Assembly: GCA_964016885.1 (NCBI GenBank)
Contig: OZ024743.1
Location: forward strand, 323,268,001-323,332,000
Length of the DNA: 64,000 nt
From: Eledone cirrhosa
Lineage: Eukaryota
Reading direction: 5' to 3'
Below the pieces are notes generated by a model. The model worked only from the letters and a program-made list of their open reading frames with translations. It ran no database searches and was not told the origin of the DNA. The translations under genes were made by a program, and so were the position numbers. Below are positions 15,001-30,000 of the stretch, piece by piece (position 1 is the first letter of the stretch; each line of letters begins with the position of its first letter).

Positions 15001-18000
15001 GTATATTACCTCACTCCTTACTCCCTACTGTATATTACCTCACTCCTTACTCCCTACTGTATATTACCTCACTCCTGATTCCCTACTGTATATTACCTCA
15101 CCCCTGACTCAATACTCTATATTACCTCACTCTTGACTACCTACTCTATATTACCTCACTCCTGACTCGATACTCTATATTACCTCACTCCTGACTCCCT
15201 ACTGTATATTACCTCACTCCTGACTCCCTACTGTATATTACCTCACTTCTGACTCCCTACTGTATATTACCTCACCCCTGACTCAATACTCTATATTACC
15301 TCACTCTTGACTACCTACTCTATATTACCTCACTCCTGACTCCCTACTCTATATTACCTCACTCCTGACTCCCTACTGTATATTACCTCACCCCTGACTC
15401 ACTACTGTATATTACCTCACCCCTGACTCCTCACTGTATATTACCTTACCACTGACTCCCTACTACATATTACCTGACTCCCTACTGTATATTACCTCAC
15501 CCCTGACTCCCTACTGTATATTACCTCACCCCTGACTCCCTACTGTATATTACCTCACCCCTGACTCCCTACTGTATATTACCTCACCCCTGACTCCCTA
15601 CTGTATATTACCTCACCCCTGACTCCCTACTGCATATTACCTCACCTCTGACTCCCTACTGCATATTACCTCACCCCTGATTCCCTACTCTATATTACCT
15701 CACCCCTGACTCCCTACTCTATATTACCCAACCCCTGACTCGATACTCTATAGTACCTCACCCCTGGCTCAATACTCTATATTACCTAACCCCTGGCTCC
15801 CTACTGTATGTTACCTCACCCCTGACTCCCTACTGTATATTACCTCACTCCTGACTCCCTACTGTATATTACCTCATCCCTGACTCCCTACTGTATATTA
15901 CCTCACCCCTGACTCCCTACTGTATATTAACTCACCCCTGACTCCCTACTCTATATTACCTTACTCCTGCCTCCCTACTCTATATTACCTTACTCCTGCC
16001 TCCCTACTGTATATTACCTTACCCCTGACTCCCTACTCTATATTACCTCACCCCTGACTCCCTACTCTATATTACCTCAGCCCTGACACCCTACTGTATA
16101 TTACCTCAGCCCTGACTCCCTACTGTATATTACCTCGCCCCTGACTCCCTACTGCATACTACCTCACCCCTGACTCCCTACTGCATATTACCTCACCTCT
16201 GACTCCCTACTACATATTACCTCACTCCTGACTCCCTACTGTATATTACCTCACCCCTGACTCCCTACTGTATATTACCTCACCCCTGACTCCCTACTGT
16301 ATATTACCTCACCCCTGACTCCCTACTGTATATTACCTCACCCCTGACTCCCTACTGCATATTACCTCACCTCTGACTCCCTACTGCATATTACCTCACC
16401 CCTGATTCCCTACTCTATATTACCTCACCCCTGACTCCCTACTCTATATTACCTTACTCCTGCCTCCCTACTCTATATTACCTTACTCCTGCCGCCCTAC
16501 TGTATATTACCTTACCACTAACTCCCTACTCTATATTACCTCACCCCTGACTCCCTACTCTATATTACCTCAGCCCTGACACCCTACTGTATATTACCTC
16601 AGCCCTGACTCCCTACTGTATATTACCTCACCCCTGACTCCCTACTGCATACTACCTCACCCCTGACTCCCTACTGCATATTACCTCACCCCTGACTCCC
16701 TACGACATATTACCTCACTCCTGACTCCCTACTGTATATTACCTCACCCCTGACTCCCTACTGTATATTACCTCACCCCTGACTTCCTACTGTATATTAC
16801 CTCACCGCTGACACCCTACTGTAAAGTACCTCACCGCTGACGCCCTACTGTATATTACCTCACCCCTGACTTCCTACTGTATATTACCTCACCCCTGACC
16901 TCCTACTGTATATTACCTCACCCCTGACTCCCTACTTTATATTACCTCACTCCTGACTCCTTACTGTATATTACCTCACTCCTGACTCAATACTCTATAT
17001 TACCTCACTCCTGACTCCCTACTGTATATTACCTCACTCCTGACTCCCTACTGTATATTACCTCACTCCTGACTCCCTACTGTATATTACCTCACCCCTG
17101 ACTCAATACTCTATATTACCTCACTCTTGACTACCTACTCTATATTACCTCACTCCTGACTCCCTACTCTATATTACCTCACTCCTGACTCCATACTGTA
17201 TATTACCTCACTCCTGACTCCCTACTGTATATTACCTCACTCTTGACTCCTTACTATATATTACCCCACTCCTGACTCCTTACAGTATATTACCTCACCC
17301 CTGACTACCTACTCTATATTACCTAACCCCATGACTCAATATTCTATATTACCTCATCCCTGACTCCCTACTGTATATTACCTCACCCCTGACTCCCTAC
17401 TGTATATTAACTCACTCCCGACTCCCTACTGTATATTACCTCACTCCTGACTCTTTACTGTACATTACCTCACTCCTGACTCCCTAGTGTATATTACCTC
17501 ACCCCTGACTCCCTAGTGTATATTACCTCACCCCTGACTCCCTACTGTATATTACCTCAACCCTGACTCCCTACTGTATATTACCTCACCCCTGACTCCC
17601 TACTGTATATTACCTCACCCCTGACTCCCTACTGCATATTACCTCACCTCTGACTCCCTACTGCATATTACCTCATTTCTGACTCCCTACTACATATTAC
17701 CTCACTCCTGACTCCCTACTGTATATTACCTCACCCCTGACTCCCTACTGTATATTACCTCACCCCTGACTTCCTACTGTATATTACCTCACCCCTGACT
17801 ACCTACTGTATATTACCTCACCCCTGACTCCTTACTGTATATTACCTCACCTCTGACTCCTTACTGTATATTACCTCACTCCTGACTCCTTACTGTATAT
17901 TACCTCACTCCTGACTCCTTACTGTATATTACCTCACCCCTGACTACCTACTACATATTACCTGACTCCCTACTGTATATTACCTCACCCCTGACTCCTT

Positions 18001-21000
18001 ACTGTATATTACCTTACCACTGACTACCTACTACATATTACCTGACTCCCTACTGTATATTACCTCACCCCTGACTCCCTACTGTATATTACCTCACTCT
18101 TGACTCCCTACTGTATATTACCTCACCCCTGACTCACTACTGTATATTACCTCACCCCTGACTCACTACTGTATATTACCTCACCCCTGACTCCTCACTG
18201 TATATTACCTTACCCCTGACTACCTACTGTATATTACCTTACTCCTGACTCCCTACTGTATATTAACTTACTCCTGATTCCCTACTGTATATTACCTTAC
18301 TCCTGATTCCCTACTGTATATTACCTTACCACTGACTCCCTACTGTATATTACCTCACCCCTGACTCACTACTGTATATTACCTTACTCCTGACTCCCTA
18401 CTGTATATTACCTAACTCCTGACTCCCTACTGTATATTACCTCACTCCTTACTCCCTCCTGTATATTACCTCACCCCTGACTCCCTACTGTATATTACCT
18501 CACCCCTGACTCCCTACTGTATATTACCTCACTCCTGACTCCCTACTCTATATTACCTCACCCCTGACTCCCTACTCTATATTACCTCACCCTTGACTCC
18601 CTACTGTATATTACCTCACCCCTGACTACCTACTCTATATTACGTCACTCCTGACTCCCTACTCTATATTACCTCACTCCTGACTCCCTACTCTATATTA
18701 CCTCACTCCTGACTCCCTACTGTATAATACCTCACTCCTGACTCCCTACTGTATATTACCTCACTCCTGACTCCCTACTGTATATTACCTCACTCCTGAC
18801 TCCCTACTGTATATTACCTCACTCCTGACTCCCTACTATATATTACCTCACTCCTGACTCCTTACTGTATATTACCTCACTCCTGACTCCTTACTGTATA
18901 TTACCTCACTCCTGACTCCTTACTGTATATTACCTCACCCCTGACTCCCTACTGTATATTACCTCACCCCTGACTCCCTACTGCATATTACCTCACCTCT
19001 GACTCCCTACTGCATATTACCTCACTCCTGACTCCTTACTGTATATTACCTCACCCCTGACTCCCTACTCTATATTACCTTACCCCAGACTCCCTACTGT
19101 ATGTTTCTTTACCCCTGACTCACTACTGTATATTACCTCAACCCTGACTCCCTACTGTATATTACCTCACCCCTGACTCCCTACTGTATATTACCTCACC
19201 CCTGACTCCCTACTGTATATTACCTCACCCCTGACTCCCTACTCTATATTACCTCACCCCTGACGCCCTACTGTATATTACCTCACCCCTGACTTCCTAC
19301 TGTATATTACCTCACCCCTGACTCCCTACTGTATATTACCTCACCCCTGACTCCCTACTGTATATTACCTCACCCCTGACTCCCTACTGTATATTACCTC
19401 ACTCCTGACTCCTTACTGTATATTACCTCACTCCTGACTCCTTACTGTATATTACCTCACCCCTGACTACCTACTCTATATTACCTCATCCCTGACTCCC
19501 TACTGTATATTACCTCACCCCTGACTCCCTACTGTATATTAACTCACTCCTGACTCCCTACTGTATATTACCTCACTCCTGACTCCTTACTGTATATTAC
19601 CTCACTCCTGACTCCCTACTGTATATTACCTCACTCCTGACTCCCTACTGTATATTACCTCAGCCCTGACTCAATACTCTATATTACGTCACTCCTGACT
19701 ACCTACTCTATATTACCTCACTCCTGACTCCCTACTCTATATTACCTCACTCCTGACTCCCTACTGTATATTACCTCACTCCTGACTCCCTACTGAATAT
19801 TACCTCACTCCTGACTCCCTACTGTATATTACCCCACTCCTGACTCCCTACTATATATTACCTCACTCCTGACTCCGTACTGTATATTACCTCACTCCTG
19901 ACTCCTTACTGTATAATACCTCACTCCTGACTCCTTACTGTATATTACCTCACCCCTGACTACCTACTGTATATTACCTCACCCCTGACTCCCTACTGTA
20001 TATTAACTCACTCCTGACTCCCTACTGTATATTACCTCACTCCTGACTCCTTACTGTACATTACCTCACTCCTGACTCCCTACTCTATATTACCTCACCT
20101 CTGACTCCCTACTGCATATTACCTCACCCCTGATTCCCTACTCTATATTACCTCACCCCTGACTCCCTACTCTATATTACCCAACCCCTGACTCGATACT
20201 CTATATTACCTCACCCCTGACTCAATACTCTATATTACCTCACCCCTGGCTCCCTACTGTATGTTACCTCACCCCTGACTCCCTACTGTATATTACCTCA
20301 CTCCTGACTCCCTACTGTATATTACCTCATCCCTGACTCCCAACTGTATATTACCTCACCCCTGACTCCCTACTGTATATTAACTCACCCCTGACTCCCT
20401 ACTCTATATTACCTTACTCCTGCCTCCCTACTCTATATTACCTTACTCCTGCCTCCCTACTGTATATTACCTTACCCCTGACTCCCTACTCTATATTACC
20501 TCACCCCTGACTCCCTACTCTATATTACCTCAGCCCTGACACCTTACTGTATATTACCTCAGCCCTGACTCCCTACTGTATATTACCTCGCCCCTGACTC
20601 CCTACTGCATACTACCTCACCCCTGACTCCCTACTGCATATTACCTCACCCCTGACTCCCTACTGTATATTACCTCACCCCTGACTCCCTACTGTATATT
20701 ACCTCACCCCTGACTCCCTACTGTATATTACCTCACCCCTGACTCCCTACTGCATATTACCTCACCTCTGACTCCCTACTGCATATTACCTCACCCCTGA
20801 TTCCCTACTCTATATTACCTCACCCCTGACTCCCTACTCTATATTACCTTACTCCTGCCTCCCTACTCTATATTACCTTACTCCTGCCGCCCTACTGTAT
20901 ATTACCTTACCACTGACTCCCTACTCTATATTACCTCACCCCTGACTCCCTACTCTATATTACCTCAGCCCTGACACCCTACTGTATATTACCTCAGCCC

Positions 21001-24000
21001 TGACTCCCTACTGTATATTACCTCACTTCTGACTCCCTACTGCATACTACCTCACCCCTGACTCCCTACTGCATATTACCTCACCTCTGACTCCCTACGA
21101 CATATTACCTCACTCCTGACTCCCTACTGTATATTACCTCACCCCTGACTCCCTACTGTATATTACCTCACCCCTGACTTCCTACTGTATATTACCTCAC
21201 CGCTGACGCCCTACTGTATATTACCTCACCGCTGACGCCCTACTGTATATTACCTCACCCCTGACTTCCTACTGTATATTACCTCACCCCTGACTCCCTA
21301 CTGTATATTACCTCACCCCTGACTCCCTACTTTATATTACCTCACTCCTGACTCCTTACTGTATATTACCTCACTCCTGACTCCTTACTGTATATTACTT
21401 CACTCCTGACTCCTTATTGTATATTACCTCGCTCCTGACTCCCTACTGTATATTACCTCACTCCTTACTCCCTACTGTATATTACCTCACTCCTTACTCC
21501 CTACTGTATATTACCTCACTCCTGATTCCCTACTGTATATTACCTCACCCCTGACTCAATACTCTATATTACCTCACTCTTGACTACCTACTCTATATTA
21601 CCTCACTCCTGACTCGATACTCTATATTACCTCACTCCTGACTCCCTACTGTATATTACCTCACTCCTGACTCCCTACTGTATATTACCTCACTTCTGAC
21701 TCCCTACTGTATATTACCTCACCCCTGACTCAATACTCTATATTACCTCACTCTTGACTACCTACTCTATATTACCTCACTCCTGACTCCCTACTCTATA
21801 TTACCTCACTCCTGACTCCCTACTGTATATTACCTCACCCCTGACTCACTACTGTATATTACCTCACCCCTGACTCCTCACTGTATATTACCTTACCACT
21901 GACTCCCTACTACATATTACCTGACTCCCTACTGTATATTACCTCACCCCTGACTCCCTACTGTATATTACCTCACCCCTGACTCCCTACTGTATATTAC
22001 CTCACCCCTGACTCCCTACTGTATATTACCTCACCCCTGACTCCCTACTGTATATTACCTCACCCCTGACTCCCTACTGCATATTACCTCACCTCTGACT
22101 CCCTACTGCATATTACCTCACCCCTGATTCCCTACTCTATATTACCTCACCCCTGACTCCCTACTCTATATTACCCAACCCCTGACTCGATACTCTATAG
22201 TACCTCACCCCTGGCTCAATACTCTATATTACCTAACCCCTGGCTCCCTACTGTATGTTACCTCACCCCTGACTCCCTACTGTATATTACCTCACTCCTG
22301 ACTCCCTACTGTATATTACCTCATCCCTGACTCCCTACTGTATATTACCTCACCCCTGACTCCCTACTGTATATTAACTCACCCCTGACTCCCTACTCTA
22401 TATTACCTTACTCCTGCCTCCCTACTCTATATTACCTTACTCCTGCCTCCCTACTGTATATTACCTTACCCCTGACTCCCTACTCTATATTACCTCACCC
22501 CTGACTCCCTACTCTATATTACCTCAGCCCTGACACCCTACTGTATATTACCTCAGCCCTGACTCCCTACTGTATATTACCTCGCCCCTGACTCCCTACT
22601 GCATACTACCTCACCCCTGACTCCCTACTGCATATTACCTCACCTCTGACTCCCTACTACATATTACCTCACTCCTGACTCCCTACTGTATATTACCTCA
22701 CCCCTGACTCCCTACTGTATATTACCTCACCCCTGACTCCCTACTGTATATTACCTCACCCCTGACTCCCTACTGTATATTACCTCACCCCTGACTCCCT
22801 ACTGCATATTACCTCACCTCTGACTCCCTACTGCATATTACCTCACCCCTGATTCCCTACTCTATATTACCTCACCCCTGACTCCCTACTCTATATTACC
22901 TTACTCCTGCCTCCCTACTCTATATTACCTTACTCCTGCCGCCCTACTGTATATTACCTTACCACTAACTCCCTACTCTATATTACCTCACCCCTGACTC
23001 CCTACTCTATATTACCTCAGCCCTGACACCCTACTGTATATTACCTCAGCCCTGACTCCCTACTGTATATTACCTCACCCCTGACTCCCTACTGCATACT
23101 ACCTCACCCCTGACTCCCTACTGCATATTACCTCACCCCTGACTCCCTACGACATATTACCTCACTCCTGACTCCCTACTGTATATTACCTCACCCCTGA
23201 CTCCCTACTGTATATTACCTCACCCCTGACTTCCTACTGTATATTACCTCACCGCTGACACCCTACTGTAAAGTACCTCACCGCTGACGCCCTACTGTAT
23301 ATTACCTCACCCCTGACTTCCTACTGTATATTACCTCACCCCTGACCTCCTACTGTATATTACCTCACCCCTGACTCCCTACTTTATATTACCTCACTCC
23401 TGACTCCTTACTGTATATTACCTCACTCCTGACTCAATACTCTATATTACCTCACTCCTGACTCCCTACTGTATATTACCTCACTCCTGACTCCCTACTG
23501 TATATTACCTCACTCCTGACTCCCTACTGTATATTACCTCACCCCTGACTCAATACTCTATATTACCTCACTCTTGACTACCTACTCTATATTACCTCAC
23601 TCCTGACTCCCTACTCTATATTACCTCACTCCTGACTCCATACTGTATATTACCTCACTCCTGACTCCCTACTGTATATTACCTCACTCTTGACTCCTTA
23701 CTATATATTACCCCACTCCTGACTCCTTACAGTATATTACCTCACCCCTGACTACCTACTCTATATTACCTAACCCCATGACTCAATATTCTATATTACC
23801 TCATCCCTGACTCCCTACTGTATATTACCTCACCCCTGACTCCCTACTGTATATTAACTCACTCCCGACTCCCTACTGTATATTACCTCACTCCTGACTC
23901 TTTACTGTACATTACCTCACTCCTGACTCCCTAGTGTATATTACCTCACCCCTGACTCCCTAGTGTATATTACCTCACCCCTGACTCCCTACTGTATATT

Positions 24001-27000
24001 ACCTCAACCCTGACTCCCTACTGTATATTACCTCACCCCTGACTCCCTACTGTATATTACCTCACCCCTGACTCCCTACTGCATATTACCTCACCTCTGA
24101 CTCCCTACTGCATATTACCTCATTTCTGACTCCCTACTACATATTACCTCACTCCTGACTCCCTACTGTATATTACCTCACCCCTGACTCCCTACTGTAT
24201 ATTACCTCACCCCTGACTTCCTACTGTATATTACCTCACCCCTGACTACCTACTGTATATTACCTCACCCCTGACTCCTTACTGTATATTACCTCACCTC
24301 TGACTCCTTACTGTATATTACCTCACTCCTGACTCCTTACTGTATATTACCTCACTCCTGACTCCTTACTGTATATTACCTCACCCCTGACTACCTACTA
24401 CATATTACCTGACTCCCTACTGTATATTACCTCACCCCTGACTCCTTACTGTATATTACCTTACCACTGACTACCTACTACATATTACCTGACTCCCTAC
24501 TGTATATTACCTCACCCCTGACTCCCTACTGTATATTACCTCACTCTTGACTCCCTACTGTATATTACCTCACCCCTGACTCACTACTGTATATTACCTC
24601 ACCCCTGACTCACTACTGTATATTACCTCACCCCTGACTCCTCACTGTATATTACCTTACCCCTGACTACCTACTGTATATTACCTTACTCCTGACTCCC
24701 TACTGTATATTAACTTACTCCTGATTCCCTACTGTATATTACCTTACTCCTGATTCCCTACTGTATATTACCTTACCACTGACTCCCTACTGTATATTAC
24801 CTCACCCCTGACTCACTACTGTATATTACCTTACTCCTGACTCCCTACTGTATATTACCTAACTCCTGACTCCCTACTGTATATTACCTCACTCCTTACT
24901 CCCTCCTGTATATTACCTCACCCCTGACTCCCTACTGTATATTACCTCACCCCTGACTCCCTACTGTATATTACCTCACTCCTGACTCCCTACTCTATAT
25001 TACCTCACCCCTGACTCCCTACTCTATATTACCTCACCCTTGACTCCCTACTCTATATTACCTCACCCCTGACTCCCTACTCTATATTACGTCACCCCTG
25101 ACTCCCTACTCTATATTACCTCACCCCTGACTACCTACTCTATATTACCTCACCCCTGGCTCAATACTCTATATTACCTCACCCCTGACTCTCTACTGCA
25201 TATTACCTCGCCCCTGACTCCTTACTGCATATTACCTCACCCCTGACTCCCTACTGTATATTATCTCACTCCTGACTCCCTACTGTATATTCCCTCACCC
25301 CTGACTCAATACTCTATATTACCTTACCACTGACTCCCTACTGTATATTACCTTACCACTGACTCCCTACTGTATATTACCTTACCACTGACTCCCTACT
25401 GTATATTACTTCACTCCTGACTCCTTACTGTATATTACCTCACTCCTGACTCCTTACTGTATATTACCTCACCCCTGACTACCTACTCTATATTACCTCA
25501 CCCCATGACTCAATACTCTATATTACCTTACTCCTGACTCCCTACTGTATATTACCTTACCACTGACACCCTACTGTATATTACCTCACCCCTGACTACC
25601 TACTCTATATTACCTCACTCCTGACTCAATACTCTATATTACCTTACTCCTGACTCCCTACTGTATATTACCTTACCACTGACACCCTACTGTATATTAC
25701 CTCACTCCCTACTGTATATTACCTTACCACTGACACCCGACTGTATATTACCTTACTCCTGACTCAATACTCTATATTACCTTACCACTGACTCCCTACT
25801 GTATATTACCTTACCACTGACACCCTACTGTATATTTCCTTACCACTGACTCCCTACTACATATTACCTGACTCCCTACTGTATATTACCTCACCCCTGA
25901 CTCCCTACTGTATATTACCTCACCCCTGACTCACTACTGTATATTACCTCACCCCTGACTCACTACTGTATATTACCTCACTCCTGACTCCCTACTGTAT
26001 ATTACCTCACTCCTGACTCCCTACTGTATATTACCTCACCCCTGACTCACTACTGTATATTACCTCACCCCTGACTCCTCACTGTATATTACCTTACCCC
26101 TGACTACCTACTGTATATTACCTTACTCCTGACTCACTACTGTATATTACCTTACTCCTGATTCCCTACTGTATATTACCTTACCACTGACTCCCTACTG
26201 TATATTACCTCACCCCTGACTCACTACTGTATATTACCTTACTCCTGACTCCCTACTGTATATTACCTCACCCCTGACTCACTACTGTATATTACCTCAC
26301 CCCTGACTCCTCACTGTATATTACCTTACCACTGACTCCCTACTACATATTACCTGACTCCCTACTGTATATTACCTCACACCTGACTCCCTACTGTATA
26401 TTACCTCACCCATGACTCTCTACTGTATATTAACTCACCCCTGACTCCCTACTGTATATTACCTCACCCCTGACTCCCTACTGTATATTACCTCACCCCT
26501 GACTCCCTACTGCATATTACCTCACCTCTGACTCCCTACTGCATATTACCTCACCCCTGATTCCCTACTCTATATTACCTCACCCCTGACTCCCTACTCT
26601 ATATTACCCAACCCCTGACTCGATACTCTATATTACCTCACCCCTGACTCAATACTCTATATTACCTCACCCCTGGCTCCCTACTGTATGTTACCTCACC
26701 CCTGACTCCCTACTGTATATTACCTCACTCCTGACTCCCTACTGTATATTACCTCACTCCTGACTCCCTACTGTATATTACCTCACTCCTGACTCCCTAC
26801 TGTATATTACCTCACCCCTGACTCCCTACTGTATATTACCTCACCCCTGACTCCCTCTTGTATATTAACTCACCCCTGACTCCCTACTCTATATTACCTC
26901 ACCCCTGACTCCCTACTGTATATTACCTCACTCCTGACTCCCTACTGTATATTACCTCACTCCTGACTCCCTACTGTATATTACCTCACCCCTGACTCCC

Positions 27001-30000
27001 TACTCTATATTACCTCAGCCCTGACACCCTACTGTATATTACCTCAGCCCTGACTCCCTACTGTATATTACCTCACCCCTGACTCCCTACTGCATACTAC
27101 CTCACCCCTGACTCTCTACTGCATATTACCTCACCTCTGACTCCCTACGACATATTACCTCACTCCTGACTCCCTACTGTATATTACCTCACCCCTGACT
27201 CCCTACTGTATATTACCTCACCCCTGACTCCCTACTGTATATTACCTCACCCCTGACTTCCTACTGTGTATTACCTCACCGCTGACGCCCTACTGTATAT
27301 TACCTCACCGCTGACGCCCTACTGTATATTACCTCACCCCTGACTTCCTACTGTATATTACCTCACCCCTGACTCCCTACTGTATATTACCTCACCCCTG
27401 ACTCCCTACTGTATATTACCTCACCCCTGACTCCCTACTGTATATTACCTCACCCCTGACTCTCTACTTTATATTACCTCACTCCTGACTCCTTACTGTA
27501 TATTACCTCACTCCTGACTCCTTACTGTATATTACTTAACTCCTGACTCCTTATTGTATATTACCTCACTCCTGACTCCCTACTGTATATTACCTCACTC
27601 CTTACTCCCTACTGTATATTACCTCACGCCTGATTCCCTACTGTATATTACCTCACCCCTGACTCAATACTCTATATTACCTCACTCCTGACTCAATACT
27701 CTATATTACCTCACTCCTGACTCCCTACTGTATATTACCTCACTCCTGACTCCCTACTGTATATTACCTCACTCCTGACTCCCTACTGTATATTACCTCA
27801 CCCCTGACTCAATACTCTATATTACCTCACTCCTGACTACCTACTCTATATTACCTCACTCCTGATTCCCTACTCTATATTACCTCACTCCTGACTCCCT
27901 ACTGTATATTACCTCACTCCTGACTCCCTACTGTATATTACCTCACTCCTGACTCCTTACTATATATTACCTCACTCCTGACTCCTTACAGTATATTACC
28001 TCACCCCTGACTACCTACTCTATATTACCTAACCCCATGACTCAATATTCTATATTACCTCATCCCTGACTCCCTACTGTATATTACCTCACCCCTGACT
28101 CCCTACTGTATATTAACTCACTCCTGACTCCCTACTGTATATTACCTCACTCCTGACTCTTTACTGTACATTACCTCACTCCTGACTCCCTAGTGTATAT
28201 TACCTCACCCCTGACTCCCTAGTGTATATTACCTCACCCCTGACTCCCTACTGTATATTACCTCAACCCTGACTCCCTACTGTATATTACCTCAACCCTG
28301 ACTCCCTACTGTATATTACCTCACCCCTGACTCCCTACTGTATATTACCTCACCCCTGACTCCCTACTGCATATTACCTCACCTCTGACTCCCTACTGCA
28401 TATTACCTCACCTCTGACTCCCTACTACATATTACCTCACTCCTGACTCCCTACTGTATATTACCTCACCCCTGACTCCCTACTGTATATTACCTCACCC
28501 CTGACTCCCTACTCTATATTACCTTACTCCTGCCTCCCTACTCTATATTACCTTACTCCTGCCTCCCTACTGTATATTACCTTACCCCTGACTCCCTACT
28601 CTATATTACCTCACCCCTGACTCCCTACTCTATATTACCTCAGCCCTGACACCCTACTGTATATTACCTCAGCCCTGACTCCCTACTGTATATTACCTCG
28701 CCCCTGACTCCCTACTGCATACTACCTCACCCCTGACTCCCTACTGCATATTACCTCACCTCTGACTCCCTACTACATATTACCTCACTCCTGACTCCCT
28801 ACTGTATATTACCTCACCCCTGACTCCCTACTGTATATTACCTCACCCCTGACTCCCTACTGTATATTACCTCACCCCTGACTCCCTACTGTATATTACC
28901 TCACCCCTGACTCCCTACTGCATATTACCTCACCTCTGACTCCCTACTGCATATTACCTCACCCCTGATTCCCTACTCTATATTACCTCACCCCTGACTC
29001 CCTACTCTATATTACCTTACTCCTGCCTCCCTACTCTATATTACCTTACTCCTGCCGCCCTACTGTATATTACCTTACCACTAACTCCCTACTCTATATT
29101 ACCTCACCCCTGACTCCCTACTCTATATTACCTCAGCCCTGACACCCTACTGTATATTACCTCAGCCCTGACTCCCTACTGTATATTACCTCACCCCTGA
29201 CTCCCTACTGCATACTACCTCACCCCTGACTCCCTACTGCATATTACCTCACCCCTGACTCCCTACGACATATTACCTCACTCCTGACTCCCTACTGTAT
29301 ATTACCTCACCCCTGACTCCCTACTGTATATTACCTCACCCCTGACTTCCTACTGTATATTACCTCACCGCTGACACCCTACTGTAAAGTACCTCACCGC
29401 TGACGCCCTACTGTATATTACCTCACCCCTGACTTCCTACTGTATATTACCTCACCCCTGACCTCCTACTGTATATTACCTCACCCCTGACTCCCTACTT
29501 TATATTACCTCACTCCTGACTCCTTACTGTATATTACCTCACTCCTGACTCAATACTCTATATTACCTCACTCCTGACTCAATACTCTATATTACCTCAC
29601 TCCTGACTCCCTACTGTATATTACCTCACTCCTGACTCCCTACTGTATATTACCTCACTCCTGACTCCCTACTGTATATTACCTCACCCCTGACTCAATA
29701 CTCTATATTACCTCACTCTTGACTACCTACTCTATATTACCTCACTCCTGACTCCCTACTCTATATTACCTCACTCCTGACTCCATACTGTATATTACCT
29801 CACTCCTGACTCCCTACTGTATATTACCTCACTCTTGACTCCTTACTATATATTACCCCACTCCTGACTCCTTACAGTATATTACCTCACCCCTGACTAC
29901 CTACTCTATATTACCTAACCCCATGACTCAATATTCTATATTACCTCATCCCTGACTCCCTACTGTATATTACCTCACCCCTGACTTCCTACTGTATATT

